IMG/VR virus record: IMGVR_UViG_3300043388_000014
Location: 1 to 46,065 of that record
Reading direction: 5' to 3' (one strand)
Length of the DNA stretch: 46,065 nt
From: a virus
Taxonomy: Duplodnaviria > Caudoviricetes
In this document: in pieces, positions 17,132-27,361 of the stretch
How the letters are laid out: each line of letters begins with the position of its first letter
How positions within the stretch are numbered: position 1 is the first letter of the stretch
Program-made: the position numbers and the translations under genes
The notes under the pieces: model-generated
What the model was told of the DNA's origin: nothing
The model's database searches: none
What the model saw: the letters and a program-made list of their open reading frames with translations, nothing else

Positions 17132-18948
17132 TGGTAGACTCCCGGCTTCTTCGGGGGCGTCCCCTTGCTGGCCGTCGGGTGATCGATGCCGTACTCGCCG
17201 GCAATGGTCGACGTGACGAGCTCAGCCATGGCCGCCCGCTGCTCGGGGGTGGCGCGCATCCCGATGGGGGAGTTCAGAATCTTGTCCGCGGCAGCCTTGC
17301 CCAAGTCTTCGACGCGGTGCCGGGAGTACTCTCGCGAGCGGGTCGCGATGGAACGCAGGGCGGCCTTGAAGTTCGCAGGGAGTTCCCCGCCCTTCATCCA
17401 GTTGTCGAGCTGCATTTCGAGACGAGTGAACTCGCCCTGCCCACCGAGGATGAAACCGCGTTCCCCTTCGGAAGCCGCCGCGCCGAACAGCGCCTTGACC
17501 TGCCGCCCTACGGCAACCCGGGTGGCCAGATTCGATTCCCCGGGGTCGAGCAGCCCAACCACGTTGTCCGCGTCCACGGCAACCTTGTTAAGGTCCTTGG
17601 TGGCGTTGTCCTTGGTGAACTCCGAGACCCAGCCACGAACGTCCGTGCTGAACCGCGAGGCTTCCTTGGGGCTCGAGAGCACCCCCTCGCCGTTGGGGGC
17701 CCCGCCCTTGCCGCCCTTGTTGGCCGCGCTCCGCATCCCCTGGAGGGTGAGGAGGAGATCGTTCTCCACGGCGTCCTTGGCCTCTTTCCCCGTCGCCGGC
17801 TGCTCGAGCCCGGGGCGGAAGCCCTCCGACACGGAGTCGGGGAGACTGCCGAGGAAGGCCCCGCCGACCCGTCCCGCCGCCGCCTTATTCTGCGCGTGGT
17901 AGAGGTTCGGGTCGATGACGCCGAGGTCTTCCCCGCGGTAAGAAACCTGGTACTTCGGCAGTCCGCCGGCCGCCTGAGGGGCCTGCGCGGGAGCCGCGGG
18001 GGGCGTCGTCTGTGCGGGAGGCTCATCGTGCCCCTCGACGGGAATCTCCCCGAGCTGGTCCGCTGGGGGCTCGGGGTCGTGCGGCATCGCCGCCATGAAC
18101 TTGGACAGCAGGGGAGGAGGTTGGTCTCCCTTGCTTTTCTTGGCCTGGTTGTACAGGGGCTCCACGCCGCGGGCCTGCTTCGGCCCCCCGAGCTTCTGCC
18201 AGGTGTCCTCGCGGTCGATGGACGCCTTGTCGGCTTCGCCGATGTCCCCGTAGCTCTTGAACGGGAGCCCGCTCTGGAGAGCGAGCTGGATCGCCTCGTC
18301 TTCGTTCTTGGCCTGGTAGGGCTTGCCGTCCTTGATCCAGATGGACGGAATGTTCGTCGCCGCGCCGTTGTTCAGCGAGGGGTGAGTCACCGTCATCGTC
18401 CGCTCGCTCGACCACGAACCGCCCGGGTTGGTGACCGACTCGCCGGGGGCAAACGGACGCGGGGCCCCCTTCGGCACCGTCGGGGCTATCGAGGGGTCGA
18501 GATGCATGGCGTTCGCGCCGCCGAGCTTCGGCATTTCCTCGGGTTGAACGACTGGCGTAGAGGCGGGCGCCGACTGCTGGGCGTGCCAATCCTGGGGGCT
18601 CTGCCCGGGGGCGTCGCTCGGGGAGAGGTCCACACCGAGAGCCTTCAAGGCAGGGGCCAAGCCGGCCGCGGAGGCGTCGTCCCCGTTCGCCAGGAACTCG
18701 TTGTACTTACCGAGGAGGGTGACCGCGTCCTTCCGCTGCTCGTGCTGCTGGGCGTCGCCGCGCATGAGCTGGTCGTTCGCCTCGAGCCCGAACTTCTGCT
18801 GAAACTGGCTGTTCTGCTGCGCCTGGTCGGCCTTGTGACGCTTCGCGTCCGTGAAGGACTGGATGCCCGCCATGCCGTTGGCAACGCCGCCGTTCGGGTC
18901 GGGACGGGCCGACAGGGGGGTGATGTAGTCGAAGAGCGGGAAGGTCAT
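17128..18948 (-). CDS. Internal virion/DNA-ejection protein
   Basis: 606 aa; Q/P/A-rich low complexity with a helical C-terminus; position in the cluster. Confidence 0.65.
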   Translation of the reverse strand: MTFPLFDYITPLSARPDPNGGVANGMAGIQSFTDAKRHKADQAQQNSQFQQKFGLEANDQLMRGDAQQHEQRKDAVTLLGKYNEFLANGDDASAAGLAPALKALGVDLSPSDAPGQSPQDWHAQQSAPASTPVVQPEEMPKLGGANAMHLDPSIAPTVPKGAPRPFAPGESVTNPGGSWSSERTMTVTHPSLNNGAATNIPSIWIKDGKPYQAKNEDEAIQLALQSGLPFKSYGDIGEADKASIDREDTWQKLGGPKQARGVEPLYNQAKKSKGDQPPPLLSKFMAAMPHDPEPPADQLGEIPVEGHDEPPAQTTPPAAPAQAPQAAGGLPKYQVSYRGEDLGVIDPNLYHAQNKAAAGRVGGAFLGSLPDSVSEGFRPGLEQPATGKEAKDAVENDLLLTLQGMRSAANKGGKGGAPNGEGVLSSPKEASRFSTDVRGWVSEFTKDNATKDLNKVAVDADNVVGLLDPGESNLATRVAVGRQVKALFGAAASEGERGFILGGQGEFTRLEMQLDNWMKGGELPANFKAALRSIATRSREYSRHRVEDLGKAAADKILNSPIGMRATPEQRAAMAELVTSTIAGEYGIDHPTASKGTPPKKPGVYQ

Positions 18949-20111
18949 CCGAACATTCCTCCGCCCATGAATTTCCCTGCGAGCCCCGCAAGATTGCCGA
19001 TGCCCTGCTCCGTGGACGCGCGACCATTGAGCGACTGATTGAGCTGCTCCCTCGGGAGACCCAGGAGCGCCGCTTGCTGGTCGTTGAACATCTGCTGGTC
19101 GTTGTTCAGCATCGCCCCGTAGGTGCTCCCGTAGATGCCGTTCTGGGCATTCGCCAAGCCCATCTGGTTGTTGAAGTAGTTCTGCCCGCGCTGAGCTAGA
19201 GCGCCTTGCGCGCCGCCCGCGGCATTCATCCCGCTCATCAGGGCGGCGAGACCGAGCTGGTCCGCGTTGCCCGCGAGCGTCCCGCCGGCCATGGTCCGCT
19301 GCAGGTCGGAATTCTGGAGTCCGAGCCCGAGACCGCCGAGCCCCTGCATCCAGCCGAGTTCGTTCTGGTTGATGCCTCGCGAAGAGGCGTCTGCCGCACT
19401 CCCGAGGGAGCCCGCCGTTTGAGCCCTTTGGAGCCCGTACTGGGCATTCTGCGCCGCCTGCTGGCCGAGGAGGTTGGCGTTCGCGTCGCCGATGGTCTGA
19501 AGGGCACCCGTGGAGTTGAACTGCCCGCGAGCCGCCGCCGCATTGTTCAGCTCCGCCGTGGAGCGGTCCATGGCGTGCTGGAAGTACGGGTCCGTGTTCG
19601 CGGGCGTCGAGGCCTGGAACTGGTTATAGGCGTCCTGGGCGTTGTTCGAGCCCGGCTTCTGGGTGTTGAACATCCCCTGAGCCTGGTTCCAGAATTGGTC
19701 ACCCGTACCGGGGGCGCCGAACTTGTCCTGGTTCTGCTGCCAGTACTGACCCGTCTGCGTAGGGGCGGTGAACTTGTTCTGGTTCTGGGAGAAGTAGTTC
19801 TCCGCCGCGCCGGGTTTGGACTGGTCGCCCTGGAAATCGTAGGTCGGCTGCGCTCCGGGACCGGGGACAGGCCAGCCCGGGTAGGCTCCGGGGCCTTGCG
19901 TCTGCGGGTAACCCGCGAAGGCCCCGCCAGCTATAGCAGGGTTTGCCCCGGCAGCCGCGCCGCCCGAGCCCCCACCACCCATCAGCGACTTGGCCCCGCC
20001 GACAGCTTCCTTGTATCCGAACGGGTCCCAGCCCTTGCCCTCGACGGCGCTTAGAGCTCCGCCGGTAACGACGTTCCCTGCCATGTTCGCGACGTCGCCC
20101 AAAAACCCCAT
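18945..20111 (-). CDS. DNA transfer/pilot protein (G/Q/N-rich)
   Basis: DPYFQHAMDRSTAELNNAAAARGQFNSTGALQ pattern typical of podovirus ejection proteins. Confidence 0.7.
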   Translation of the reverse strand: MGFLGDVANMAGNVVTGGALSAVEGKGWDPFGYKEAVGGAKSLMGGGGSGGAAAGANPAIAGGAFAGYPQTQGPGAYPGWPVPGPGAQPTYDFQGDQSKPGAAENYFSQNQNKFTAPTQTGQYWQQNQDKFGAPGTGDQFWNQAQGMFNTQKPGSNNAQDAYNQFQASTPANTDPYFQHAMDRSTAELNNAAAARGQFNSTGALQTIGDANANLLGQQAAQNAQYGLQRAQTAGSLGSAADASSRGINQNELGWMQGLGGLGLGLQNSDLQRTMAGGTLAGNADQLGLAALMSGMNAAGGAQGALAQRGQNYFNNQMGLANAQNGIYGSTYGAMLNNDQQMFNDQQAALLGLPREQLNQSLNGRASTEQGIGNLAGLAGKFMGGGMFG

Positions 20112-20740
20112 TACTTGCCCCCGAGGAGGCTCGCCAGTCCTCCGGTGAGGACGTTCGAGATCACGTGGTTCGCGTCACCCCCCGCGAAGGGGTTCATCGA
20201 GGCATCAGCGAGCTTCCCGAGCGGTCCCGGCATGCCCGTCGTCGAGCCGCCGAAGCCCGGCAATCCGCCGCCCCCGGTCAAGCCCCCGACCATCCCGAGA
20301 CCCGGCAGACCGCCGATGCTTCCCAAGCCGGGGAGCCCTCCCGACGAAGAACCCCCGGGAGCCCCCGTCTGGGGCGAAGGGGAGGATGGACCCATTGGAG
20401 GGCCTCCGGGGGACGGGTTCATGATGCTCGGCCCGGGAGGAGGCTTCCCCCCGTACATCTGCATCAAGGCGTTCTGAGGCGCCTGGTAGGAGGCGAGCTG
20501 GTCGCCCGCGAGGTTTTGATAGGCCTGGGCCATCTGCGGGCGGTACGCCGCGATGTTCGCCTGGCTCTGCTGGAGGGCCTGCTGCATGGCCGCTTCGTTC
20601 GGATTCGGGAACATGCCCCCGATGAAGGGAATGCCTGACATGTTGATCCCGCCACCGAGAGACATGATCCCGCCCCCTCCGCCGGCTCCCGCCGCGGGGT
20701 TCCCTCCGCCGCCCATTCCGCCGAGCATGTCCATGCCCAT
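20111..20740 (-). CDS. Gly/Pro/Met-rich virion protein
   Basis: Abuts its neighbours; GLPG repeats. Confidence 0.6.
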   Translation of the reverse strand: MGMDMLGGMGGGGNPAAGAGGGGGIMSLGGGINMSGIPFIGGMFPNPNEAAMQQALQQSQANIAAYRPQMAQAYQNLAGDQLASYQAPQNALMQMYGGKPPPGPSIMNPSPGGPPMGPSSPSPQTGAPGGSSSGGLPGLGSIGGLPGLGMVGGLTGGGGLPGFGGSTTGMPGPLGKLADASMNPFAGGDANHVISNVLTGGLASLLGGK

Positions 20741-21409
20741 TTAGACCATCTTCCAGGTAGGGGAGTCCGCGTCCTGATTGGGCGCTTGGCTCCAGTTCAC
20801 GCCGGCCACGCTCGAGCCGCTCTGCCCGGGCTTCGGCGCCGTCGCGTTGTAGCCGGGGGCCTGTCCCCAGGTCTGCCCGCCGTTCATCGAGCCGAGCCAC
20901 ATGGGCTGCATCGACGCGGGAGCTCCGGAGCCGGTATTCCACCCGCCGCCGCCCCACTGACCAAGCATCGGCTGAAGAGGCTGGTTGGTGAAGGACTGGG
21001 GCTCCCGCGCGTGAGGCGCGTTCTGGGGGCCTGCCGGCGCTGGCGTCTGCGGGATTTGAGGCGTCCAGTTCGTGATGTTGTGCTGGGTCGCCATTGACGT
21101 GGTGCCAAGAGGTTTTTGGGGACCCGGGGTGATATAGCCGGTCAGGTCGTTCGTGTGCCCACCGAGCTGACTCCAACCGCCGAGAGGGACGGGGCCGCTC
21201 GTGGGCGTGGTCGGGCCGAGTTCGGGGCCCATCCCGTTCTTGTTGTTCGGGCCGCCCACCTGCCCATAGGGGTCTGCGCCTGCTGCCCCGGTGCCGGTGA
21301 AGGCGCCGTTCCACTGGGTGCGGTTGTCCGGCGGGGGCCGAGGCGCGAGGGCTTGGTAGCCATTGCCGGCAAACAGCGTTCCGAGCAGGCCTCCAGGGTT
21401 GAACGGCAT
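20741..21409 (-). CDS. Gly/Pro-rich virion protein
   Basis: GGAGG RBS; abuts both neighbours. Confidence 0.6.
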   Translation of the reverse strand: MPFNPGGLLGTLFAGNGYQALAPRPPPDNRTQWNGAFTGTGAAGADPYGQVGGPNNKNGMGPELGPTTPTSGPVPLGGWSQLGGHTNDLTGYITPGPQKPLGTTSMATQHNITNWTPQIPQTPAPAGPQNAPHAREPQSFTNQPLQPMLGQWGGGGWNTGSGAPASMQPMWLGSMNGGQTWGQAPGYNATAPKPGQSGSSVAGVNWSQAPNQDADSPTWKMV

Positions 21410-22861
21410 CTATCCTCCGAGAACTTCGAACTCTTCCGTCGCAGACACGAGAGCAAGGTCGGCCGCATCCGTGAATTCCAGCTTCCACTGGCGTCGCCGA
21501 TAGACGCCCAAGCCCCACAAGAGTACCACGGGATCATAGTCCCCGGCAGCCCCCAGGCTGATCGGGATAGCAGGCTCCCACGGGCCGATGTCGTCCCGCC
21601 ACGACAACAGCAGGACGGGCTCCGTGTCCGTCTCCGTCTCGCCGCGCCGCAGGGCGAAGCGGACCCGGTTACAGCTCTTCGGGGCGTCGGTGTCGTGGTC
21701 TTGAAAGCCCGTGATGATATAGGCGTTGATGTCGTTTCCGAGGTCTTGGGTCTGAGACAGGTCGACCGTCGCCACTCGACCGTCGGACGTCCCCACGAGG
21801 ACCCTGCCGCGGGCCTTCAGGTTCGTCTGGGCAGTGACAGGAAAGGGCGTCCAGTGGGTCCCGTCCCAGCCGGTCCACTCGGCCCAGCCTGCCCCCTGCT
21901 GGTAGGCGAAGGTTCTCCCGTCCGTGGGGAAGGTCCACACGAGAGCGTCTACCCAGCCCGTTTTCACGCGGTACCCGAAGCAGTCGGACACCGTGTCCAT
22001 GTCCTGGAGGGTCCGCTGGATGCTGTCGGAGATGACCGTCTGGCTTCGCCCGTCGGAGGTCACGAACCTTCGAAGATGGTCGAGCCACGCAAACTGCTGA
22101 TCCACCTTGATGATGGAGTAGGCCGCCGCACAGCCGAGTTCTCTCGTCACGACGGGGCCCCATACGAAGACTGAGCCGTCCGAGTTGAATACCTGGAGGG
22201 ACGTCGAGCCGAAGCAAAATAGCTCCGAGGTGTTCTCGTGGATGGCGATGACCGGGTCGGGTTTGCCGTCGACCGAGTTGAAGCCCGCGATGAGAGAGTC
22301 CGCGCCCGTCCAGGTCTCGAAACCGGTGAAGCTCGAGCCGGCGGCGACGTCCGAGTAGCTGAAGCCGCTCCGCACGTCCGCCACGACTTCGTTCATCACG
22401 AGCCGGTTGGAGTTCGCGACGACATGGCTGCCCTGGGGCGGCCCTCCGCCGAGCTGAGAAGGCATTCGCGTCGAGAGGACAAGCTTCTCCGGCTCTGCCC
22501 CACCGGCGAACACCAGGATGCTTTCGGTCTCCGCGATGACCGGGCGGAGCCTGCCTCGGACGTCGGAGGTGGGGTGTCCCGAGAGGTTCACCGGGCCGCC
22601 GGGTTGGATCCAGTACAGGTTCCGCTTCGGGATAGACCCCGCTACGGCGTAGACGTCTCCCGCGACCGTCTCGTAGAGCGCACTGATTCCCTGTGAGTCG
22701 ACGACAGCCGAGAAGTACGCGGTGAGCCCGGGGCGCTTTCGCACCGTTCCCGTGGAGTCCGCGACGACATTCATCGCCACCGGGGAAGCCCCGCCCAGCT
22801 CCTCGAGGCCTGAAGCCTGGAGGTTCCCGAAGGGGATGCGGGCGTTCTGTGTGTCGCCCAT
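21410..22861 (-). CDS. Tail tubular/packaged-DNA stabilization protein (P22 gp10-like)
   Basis: VRKRPGL, FCFGSTSLQVF, ELGCAAAYSI, LLSWRDD..GDY..WGLGVYRRRQWKL motifs; beta-rich. Confidence 0.75.
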   Translation of the reverse strand: MGDTQNARIPFGNLQASGLEELGGASPVAMNVVADSTGTVRKRPGLTAYFSAVVDSQGISALYETVAGDVYAVAGSIPKRNLYWIQPGGPVNLSGHPTSDVRGRLRPVIAETESILVFAGGAEPEKLVLSTRMPSQLGGGPPQGSHVVANSNRLVMNEVVADVRSGFSYSDVAAGSSFTGFETWTGADSLIAGFNSVDGKPDPVIAIHENTSELFCFGSTSLQVFNSDGSVFVWGPVVTRELGCAAAYSIIKVDQQFAWLDHLRRFVTSDGRSQTVISDSIQRTLQDMDTVSDCFGYRVKTGWVDALVWTFPTDGRTFAYQQGAGWAEWTGWDGTHWTPFPVTAQTNLKARGRVLVGTSDGRVATVDLSQTQDLGNDINAYIITGFQDHDTDAPKSCNRVRFALRRGETETDTEPVLLLSWRDDIGPWEPAIPISLGAAGDYDPVVLLWGLGVYRRRQWKLEFTDAADLALVSATEEFEVLGG

Positions 22862-24519
22862 CAGATGCCCGTTACCGCAGCGGCGAGAGGGAGCCACGCG
22901 GCCGCGCCGTTGACGTAGACCGCCCGGAAATGCTGAATCGCCAGCTTCCCGTTCGCCATGGCCGCGCAGAGCGTCGCCCCGGAGTTCGCAAAGCCTGCCC
23001 CGTAGGTAATGGTCCCCGAGGCGCCGCCGGAGTTGTTGAACAGAATCATCGTGAACTCAGCGCCGCCGGCCCCCACTGCCGTGGTGAGCGTCTGGTTCCC
23101 GTTCGTCGTCCGGGTGAGCGCGGTGTAGCCGAACTGGTCCGCGAGGACGTTCACAGCGGCCGTGTTGTCGGTGACGTTCTTCCCGACGGCCTGACGGGTC
23201 GTCGAGAGGATGCTGGGGATGTTCGACTGGGCGGTGAAGCCGTTGAAGATGGCCGTAAAGCCAGCCCGGAAGATGTTGCCCGCCTCGTTCACCGCAGTGG
23301 TCGATTCGTTCGCGCTACTGATGGTGATGGCGCCGCTGGTCCCTCCCGTTGGCGGGATGAACTCCGAGCCGGTGACCTCTGCGCGAGGCCCTGCGCCGGC
23401 AGCGCCGTCCAGCACTACGCAGCTCATGACGCCTGAGCTGGCCGCCGAAAGGTCGAAGCGGCACCCCTCGATGGTGATGTTCCGCGCGACGACGCAGTTG
23501 CCGTTATAGGCGCCGAGCCCGCAGGTGACGACGGTGTTCCGGAGATGGGTTCGGGGAAGCGTCTGGTCGGCAGAGAGCCAGACGGAAGCAGCTCCCAGGC
23601 CGTAGCCGAAGCAGCTATCGAAGGTGACGCTGTGGATTGCGTTGGTCACGACGACAATCGCCGTCCCGGTGTTCAGGCCTGCCGAGGAACCGACAATGCA
23701 ATTCACCACGTTCAGGGTGACCGCGGCCGCTCCGTTGACGTTGATGACCACCCCGGTGTTCGCCTGCGAAGCGGCAAGGGTGAGGCCTCGAATCTCCTGG
23801 GGGACGATGCCGGCCGCGATGGCGGGGGAGATATTGATCTGGTTCGCCGACGACGAGTCCAGGGAGAGGACTGAGCCTCCCGCGCCGACGCCCCAGAGGC
23901 TCGTTCCGATGGGGAGGCTCAGGACGGACGTGCACCGGTAGGTCCCCGCGGGGAAGATGACAGTGCCCTTCACCAGGCCCGCGGCCGTGATGCAGTTCTG
24001 GACGGCCGTCGTGTCGTCCGTGGCCCCGTCGCCGCGAGCTCCGTAGGCGGGGTCCTTGACGTTGAAGAAGAGCCCGGCGACGGACGCGATGGCGCTCGAA
24101 AGGTTCGTCGCGACGCCGTTGAAGAGAACCTTCCAGTCCTTCGTGCCGGCCGAAACGAGCCAGAGGTCCAGGATGGCCTGGAGGGTGGTCGGTTCCCCCG
24201 CAGCCGAGACCGCCGTGGTGCGGTTGACGCCCGTGAACGCGAGGCTCTTGACCTCCACGCTGGGCGCCTCTCCCGCGTCAGTGAACGTCCGAACGAGAGC
24301 CCCGTCGGAGTCGAAGACCTGGACGTCGACTATCTGGTGGAAGTAGACGAGGGCTCCGCCGTTCGAGTCCAGGGGAAGGTCTTGCCCCGTGGTGGGGGAG
24401 ACGGTCCCCTCGAAGTCGGCGTAGTAGGTCGCGCGGGTGGAGGTGCCGTAGTTGTAGATCCGAGCCACCCCGTTGGCGGCTCCAAGCACACCCGCTCCGA
24501 GAACTGAGCAGAGCTGCAT
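22861..24519 (-). CDS. Tailspike, pectate-lyase-3-type beta-helix
   Basis: FNVKDPAYGARGDGATDDTTAVQNCI...TVIFPAGTYR. Confidence 0.8.
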   Translation of the reverse strand: MQLCSVLGAGVLGAANGVARIYNYGTSTRATYYADFEGTVSPTTGQDLPLDSNGGALVYFHQIVDVQVFDSDGALVRTFTDAGEAPSVEVKSLAFTGVNRTTAVSAAGEPTTLQAILDLWLVSAGTKDWKVLFNGVATNLSSAIASVAGLFFNVKDPAYGARGDGATDDTTAVQNCITAAGLVKGTVIFPAGTYRCTSVLSLPIGTSLWGVGAGGSVLSLDSSSANQINISPAIAAGIVPQEIRGLTLAASQANTGVVINVNGAAAVTLNVVNCIVGSSAGLNTGTAIVVVTNAIHSVTFDSCFGYGLGAASVWLSADQTLPRTHLRNTVVTCGLGAYNGNCVVARNITIEGCRFDLSAASSGVMSCVVLDGAAGAGPRAEVTGSEFIPPTGGTSGAITISSANESTTAVNEAGNIFRAGFTAIFNGFTAQSNIPSILSTTRQAVGKNVTDNTAAVNVLADQFGYTALTRTTNGNQTLTTAVGAGGAEFTMILFNNSGGASGTITYGAGFANSGATLCAAMANGKLAIQHFRAVYVNGAAAWLPLAAAVTGI

Positions 24520-25331
24520 CAGGCGCCCCCTGCGTAGGAAATCTGCCCGGCTCCGGTGACCGTGCCTGGCATGATGAAGCCCGTGGCGGAACCCAGAGAG
24601 GCGTTTGCGCCATGGAGGAGGGAGATGGCCCCGGACATCCGGGTGATGGTCGCCGAGGTGTTCAGCGCGCTCGTAGTGAAGCCGAGCGTCCCTTCGTCGA
24701 AGACGCATCCGTCGAGATCGATGTCCGTGAGAGCCGCGGAGACGAGGAGCCCTGAGGTGGGCTTGGCGGTGTTCAGCACGGCGGTTGAAATGAAGGTCGT
24801 GTTGTTGACCGCGGAGCCTCCTCCGCCCGTTCCAATTTCTACCCCTGCCGCGTTGTCGAGCGCCGCGCACTCGAAGTAGCAGCCCTTCACGAGGCAGTTG
24901 ATGCCGGTGAGCTTCACCCGGGCGACGTTGCTCGCCACTTGGTTGGCTTGAATCCAGACATTCCGGAGCTGCACGCCAGCCGCCGAGCAGGTGAACAGAG
25001 TGGTGTTCGAGGCGTTCATCTTGAGCTTCACCGTCGGGAGACCTCCCGAGGAGCCCGCTCCAACGAAGATGCTCCCCGCCACGGGGGTCACTGTAGCCGT
25101 GAAGGTCTCCGTGTGCCCCGAGAGGTACACCAGAATGACCGCCGCTCCGGCGGCCGTCGTGATGACCTTGGCCGTCGTGGCGAAGGGGCTGTCCGGGTCG
25201 AGCCCGTTGTTGTTCGTGTCGTCGCCCGTCGCGCTCGAGACGAAGTAGGTCGTCAGGCTGGTGAGCAAGGGGCGCCCCGTCACCAGGGAGTCGCCGAGAG
25301 TTTGGCCGATACCGTTCACCCAGGATGGCAT
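24519..25331 (-). CDS. Beta-helix virion protein
   Basis: TYFVSSATGDDTNNNGLDPDSPFAT motif; ATG at 25331. Confidence 0.7.
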   Translation of the reverse strand: MPSWVNGIGQTLGDSLVTGRPLLTSLTTYFVSSATGDDTNNNGLDPDSPFATTAKVITTAAGAAVILVYLSGHTETFTATVTPVAGSIFVGAGSSGGLPTVKLKMNASNTTLFTCSAAGVQLRNVWIQANQVASNVARVKLTGINCLVKGCYFECAALDNAAGVEIGTGGGGSAVNNTTFISTAVLNTAKPTSGLLVSAALTDIDLDGCVFDEGTLGFTTSALNTSATITRMSGAISLLHGANASLGSATGFIMPGTVTGAGQISYAGGA

Positions 25332-25333
25332 GC

Positions 25334-26050
25334 TTAGCGACTCCAGTTCGAACGATGGGCCAACCACATATACGAGTCCGTGCCTTGGTTCGCTTGAGCC
25401 TTGGCGCGTTCCTTCTTCATGGCGGCTTGGGTGGCGAGGTACTGCCCGTGCTCGAGCTTGTTCGCCGAGATGGCGAGCTGGTGCCCGAGTTCCCAGATGA
25501 GGTACTGCTGCCAGAATCGCTCGATGTCGACCGTGGCATTGCCGTCGGTGACGTCGGCGAGGAGCCGGTGGGCCTGAAAGCGGATGATGCCGCTCTCGTC
25601 GGGGATGGGCCAGAGGCGGACCTGGATAGGGTTCGCAACCCGGTCGCACCAGAAGATGGTCGGGCGGCTCGTGGCGCTCTTCGCGCTGAGGCCCTGCCAG
25701 GTCTCCCGGTCACGCTGCATGACCGGTAGTTCCGAAGATGCCTTGGCGGGGTCGGTCTCGCTGGGCGAGATGTACGCGCCATCCTCGACGAGATCGAACA
25801 CCGTGTCGGGCAGGTCGTAGATGTACGTGCCGGCGGTGAGCTGGACGCTGATTAGCGAGACCGAGCGCGCAAAGACCCCCTCGGTCTGGAGCTCGTCGAG
25901 AATGCTCTGGAGGAGGTCCTTGGCCATCGGCGTGCGCCGGTCCCACATGGAGCCGGTGGCGCCGCCTTCTGCCGGGACCAAGCCCGCCAGCTGGAATGCT
26001 CGCAAGCAAATCTTGGTGACATCCATCTCCCGCGTGTACGTGGCGACCAT
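25334..26050 (-). CDS. Head-tail adaptor/tail tubular protein A
   Basis: ICLRAFQLAG...LTAGTYIYDLP...RPTIFW..RLWPIPD...YLIWELGHQLA. Confidence 0.7.
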   Translation of the reverse strand: MVATYTREMDVTKICLRAFQLAGLVPAEGGATGSMWDRRTPMAKDLLQSILDELQTEGVFARSVSLISVQLTAGTYIYDLPDTVFDLVEDGAYISPSETDPAKASSELPVMQRDRETWQGLSAKSATSRPTIFWCDRVANPIQVRLWPIPDESGIIRFQAHRLLADVTDGNATVDIERFWQQYLIWELGHQLAISANKLEHGQYLATQAAMKKERAKAQANQGTDSYMWLAHRSNWSR

Positions 26051-26349
26051 CAGAACTGAGGCTCCGTTCCGTCGGGCCAGTTGATGACAGGTGGCGTCTC
26101 CACGGGGTCCGGCGGCTCGTGCGGGCCGGGGTCATGGACGGGGCGGTCAGCGGGGTAGTGCTGCGCCGCCGCCGCGTTCGCTTCGCTCAGGGTGACGATG
26201 TCCCCGCCGTAGTCGCGCGCACACGCCAGGAGTCCGGCGCGGTCCCGACGGAGCTGCGACCTGTAATAGGTACACCCACAGTAACTACACTGCGACTCCG
26301 TGTCGTTCCGCGGAAGCTGGGAGGGCTTGTGTTTTGAGATCGTCCGCAT
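26050..26349 (-). CDS. Small CxxC protein
   Basis: CSYCGCTYYRSQLRRDRAGLLAC; GGAGG RBS. Confidence 0.65.
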   Translation of the reverse strand: MRTISKHKPSQLPRNDTESQCSYCGCTYYRSQLRRDRAGLLACARDYGGDIVTLSEANAAAAQHYPADRPVHDPGPHEPPDPVETPPVINWPDGTEPQF

Positions 26350-26389
26350 TGGTTTCCTCCCGGACGATGCGCCCCGCCCGGGGCTGAGA

Positions 26390-27352
26390 TCAGGCGTCGT
26401 TTACCGGCGAGACGATGCCGGTCGTTTCCTTCGCGGTCACGCATCGGTTCTCGAAGCAAACAATGAGAGAGCCCGTTGAAGTGAAGACGATGCCTTGAGC
26501 TGCCGGGGCGCCTGCCGCCGACTTGCAGCCCATCATGTTGTAGGAGACGACCCCATCCGAGGCCACGTTCGCTACGGCGATGCATGCCACCGAGCTGGCC
26601 CCGGTATTATAGATGATGTTCCCGCTGATGTGCAGATCGACTGCCGCCACCGAGACGTTCACGAGCCCGTTGTTCACGTTGGCCGCCGCAATCATCGTGT
26701 TGTTCGCGATGACCGTGCGGTCCGGCGTGGTCGCCCCCAGGAGCTTGAAACAGTCGGTAACCAGCCCTAGGACGTTGCCGGACACCCTGTTGTTCACGAT
26801 GTACGTATCGAGTGCGCCAGAGCCAATGGTACACACGGACGTCGCCAAGAGCGATGCGCTCTGCGCGATTCGGATCAGGTTACCTTCCAGGGTGCAGCCT
26901 GCCGCCGTGATGTTGATCGCATTCGTGACGCCGTTGAAGTTGTCACACAGAAGACGAAGCCCGCTGATGTACACGTTTTTCACCGAGATGGCCCAGGTGG
27001 CCGCCGCTGTCGACCAGGTGAAGGTCGGCGCGTCGTCGCGGTTTAGGTCCCCGATGCCCATGATCCGGGTGCCAGCAACGAGGTTCGCGAGACTGGTCGA
27101 GGTGACCGTCTCCGTGTGCCCCGGCAGGATGTAGACGATGTCGCCTACACCCGACCGGCACTCCTTCAGACCCGCGTCGAGGGTGGGCAGGATTCGTCCC
27201 GCAATGTCCTCGGGGTCGCCGGTCTGGACGCCCGTCGAGCGGACATACGAGACCCTGGTGCCCGTGGGCAAGATGGTCCCGAACGACGTCCGGATGCCCG
27301 CGCCCATCGCGTAGCGCGGCAGGGTTGGGAAGAGAGGGAGGTTTGCGGGCAT
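26390..27352 (-). CDS. Beta-helix protein following the capsid gene
   Basis: DIVYILPGHTETV; repeated I.NN/I.GN strands; GAGG RBS. Confidence 0.75.
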   Translation of the reverse strand: MPANLPLFPTLPRYAMGAGIRTSFGTILPTGTRVSYVRSTGVQTGDPEDIAGRILPTLDAGLKECRSGVGDIVYILPGHTETVTSTSLANLVAGTRIMGIGDLNRDDAPTFTWSTAAATWAISVKNVYISGLRLLCDNFNGVTNAINITAAGCTLEGNLIRIAQSASLLATSVCTIGSGALDTYIVNNRVSGNVLGLVTDCFKLLGATTPDRTVIANNTMIAAANVNNGLVNVSVAAVDLHISGNIIYNTGASSVACIAVANVASDGVVSYNMMGCKSAAGAPAAQGIVFTSTGSLIVCFENRCVTAKETTGIVSPVNDA

Positions 27353-27361
27353 GTTTCCTCG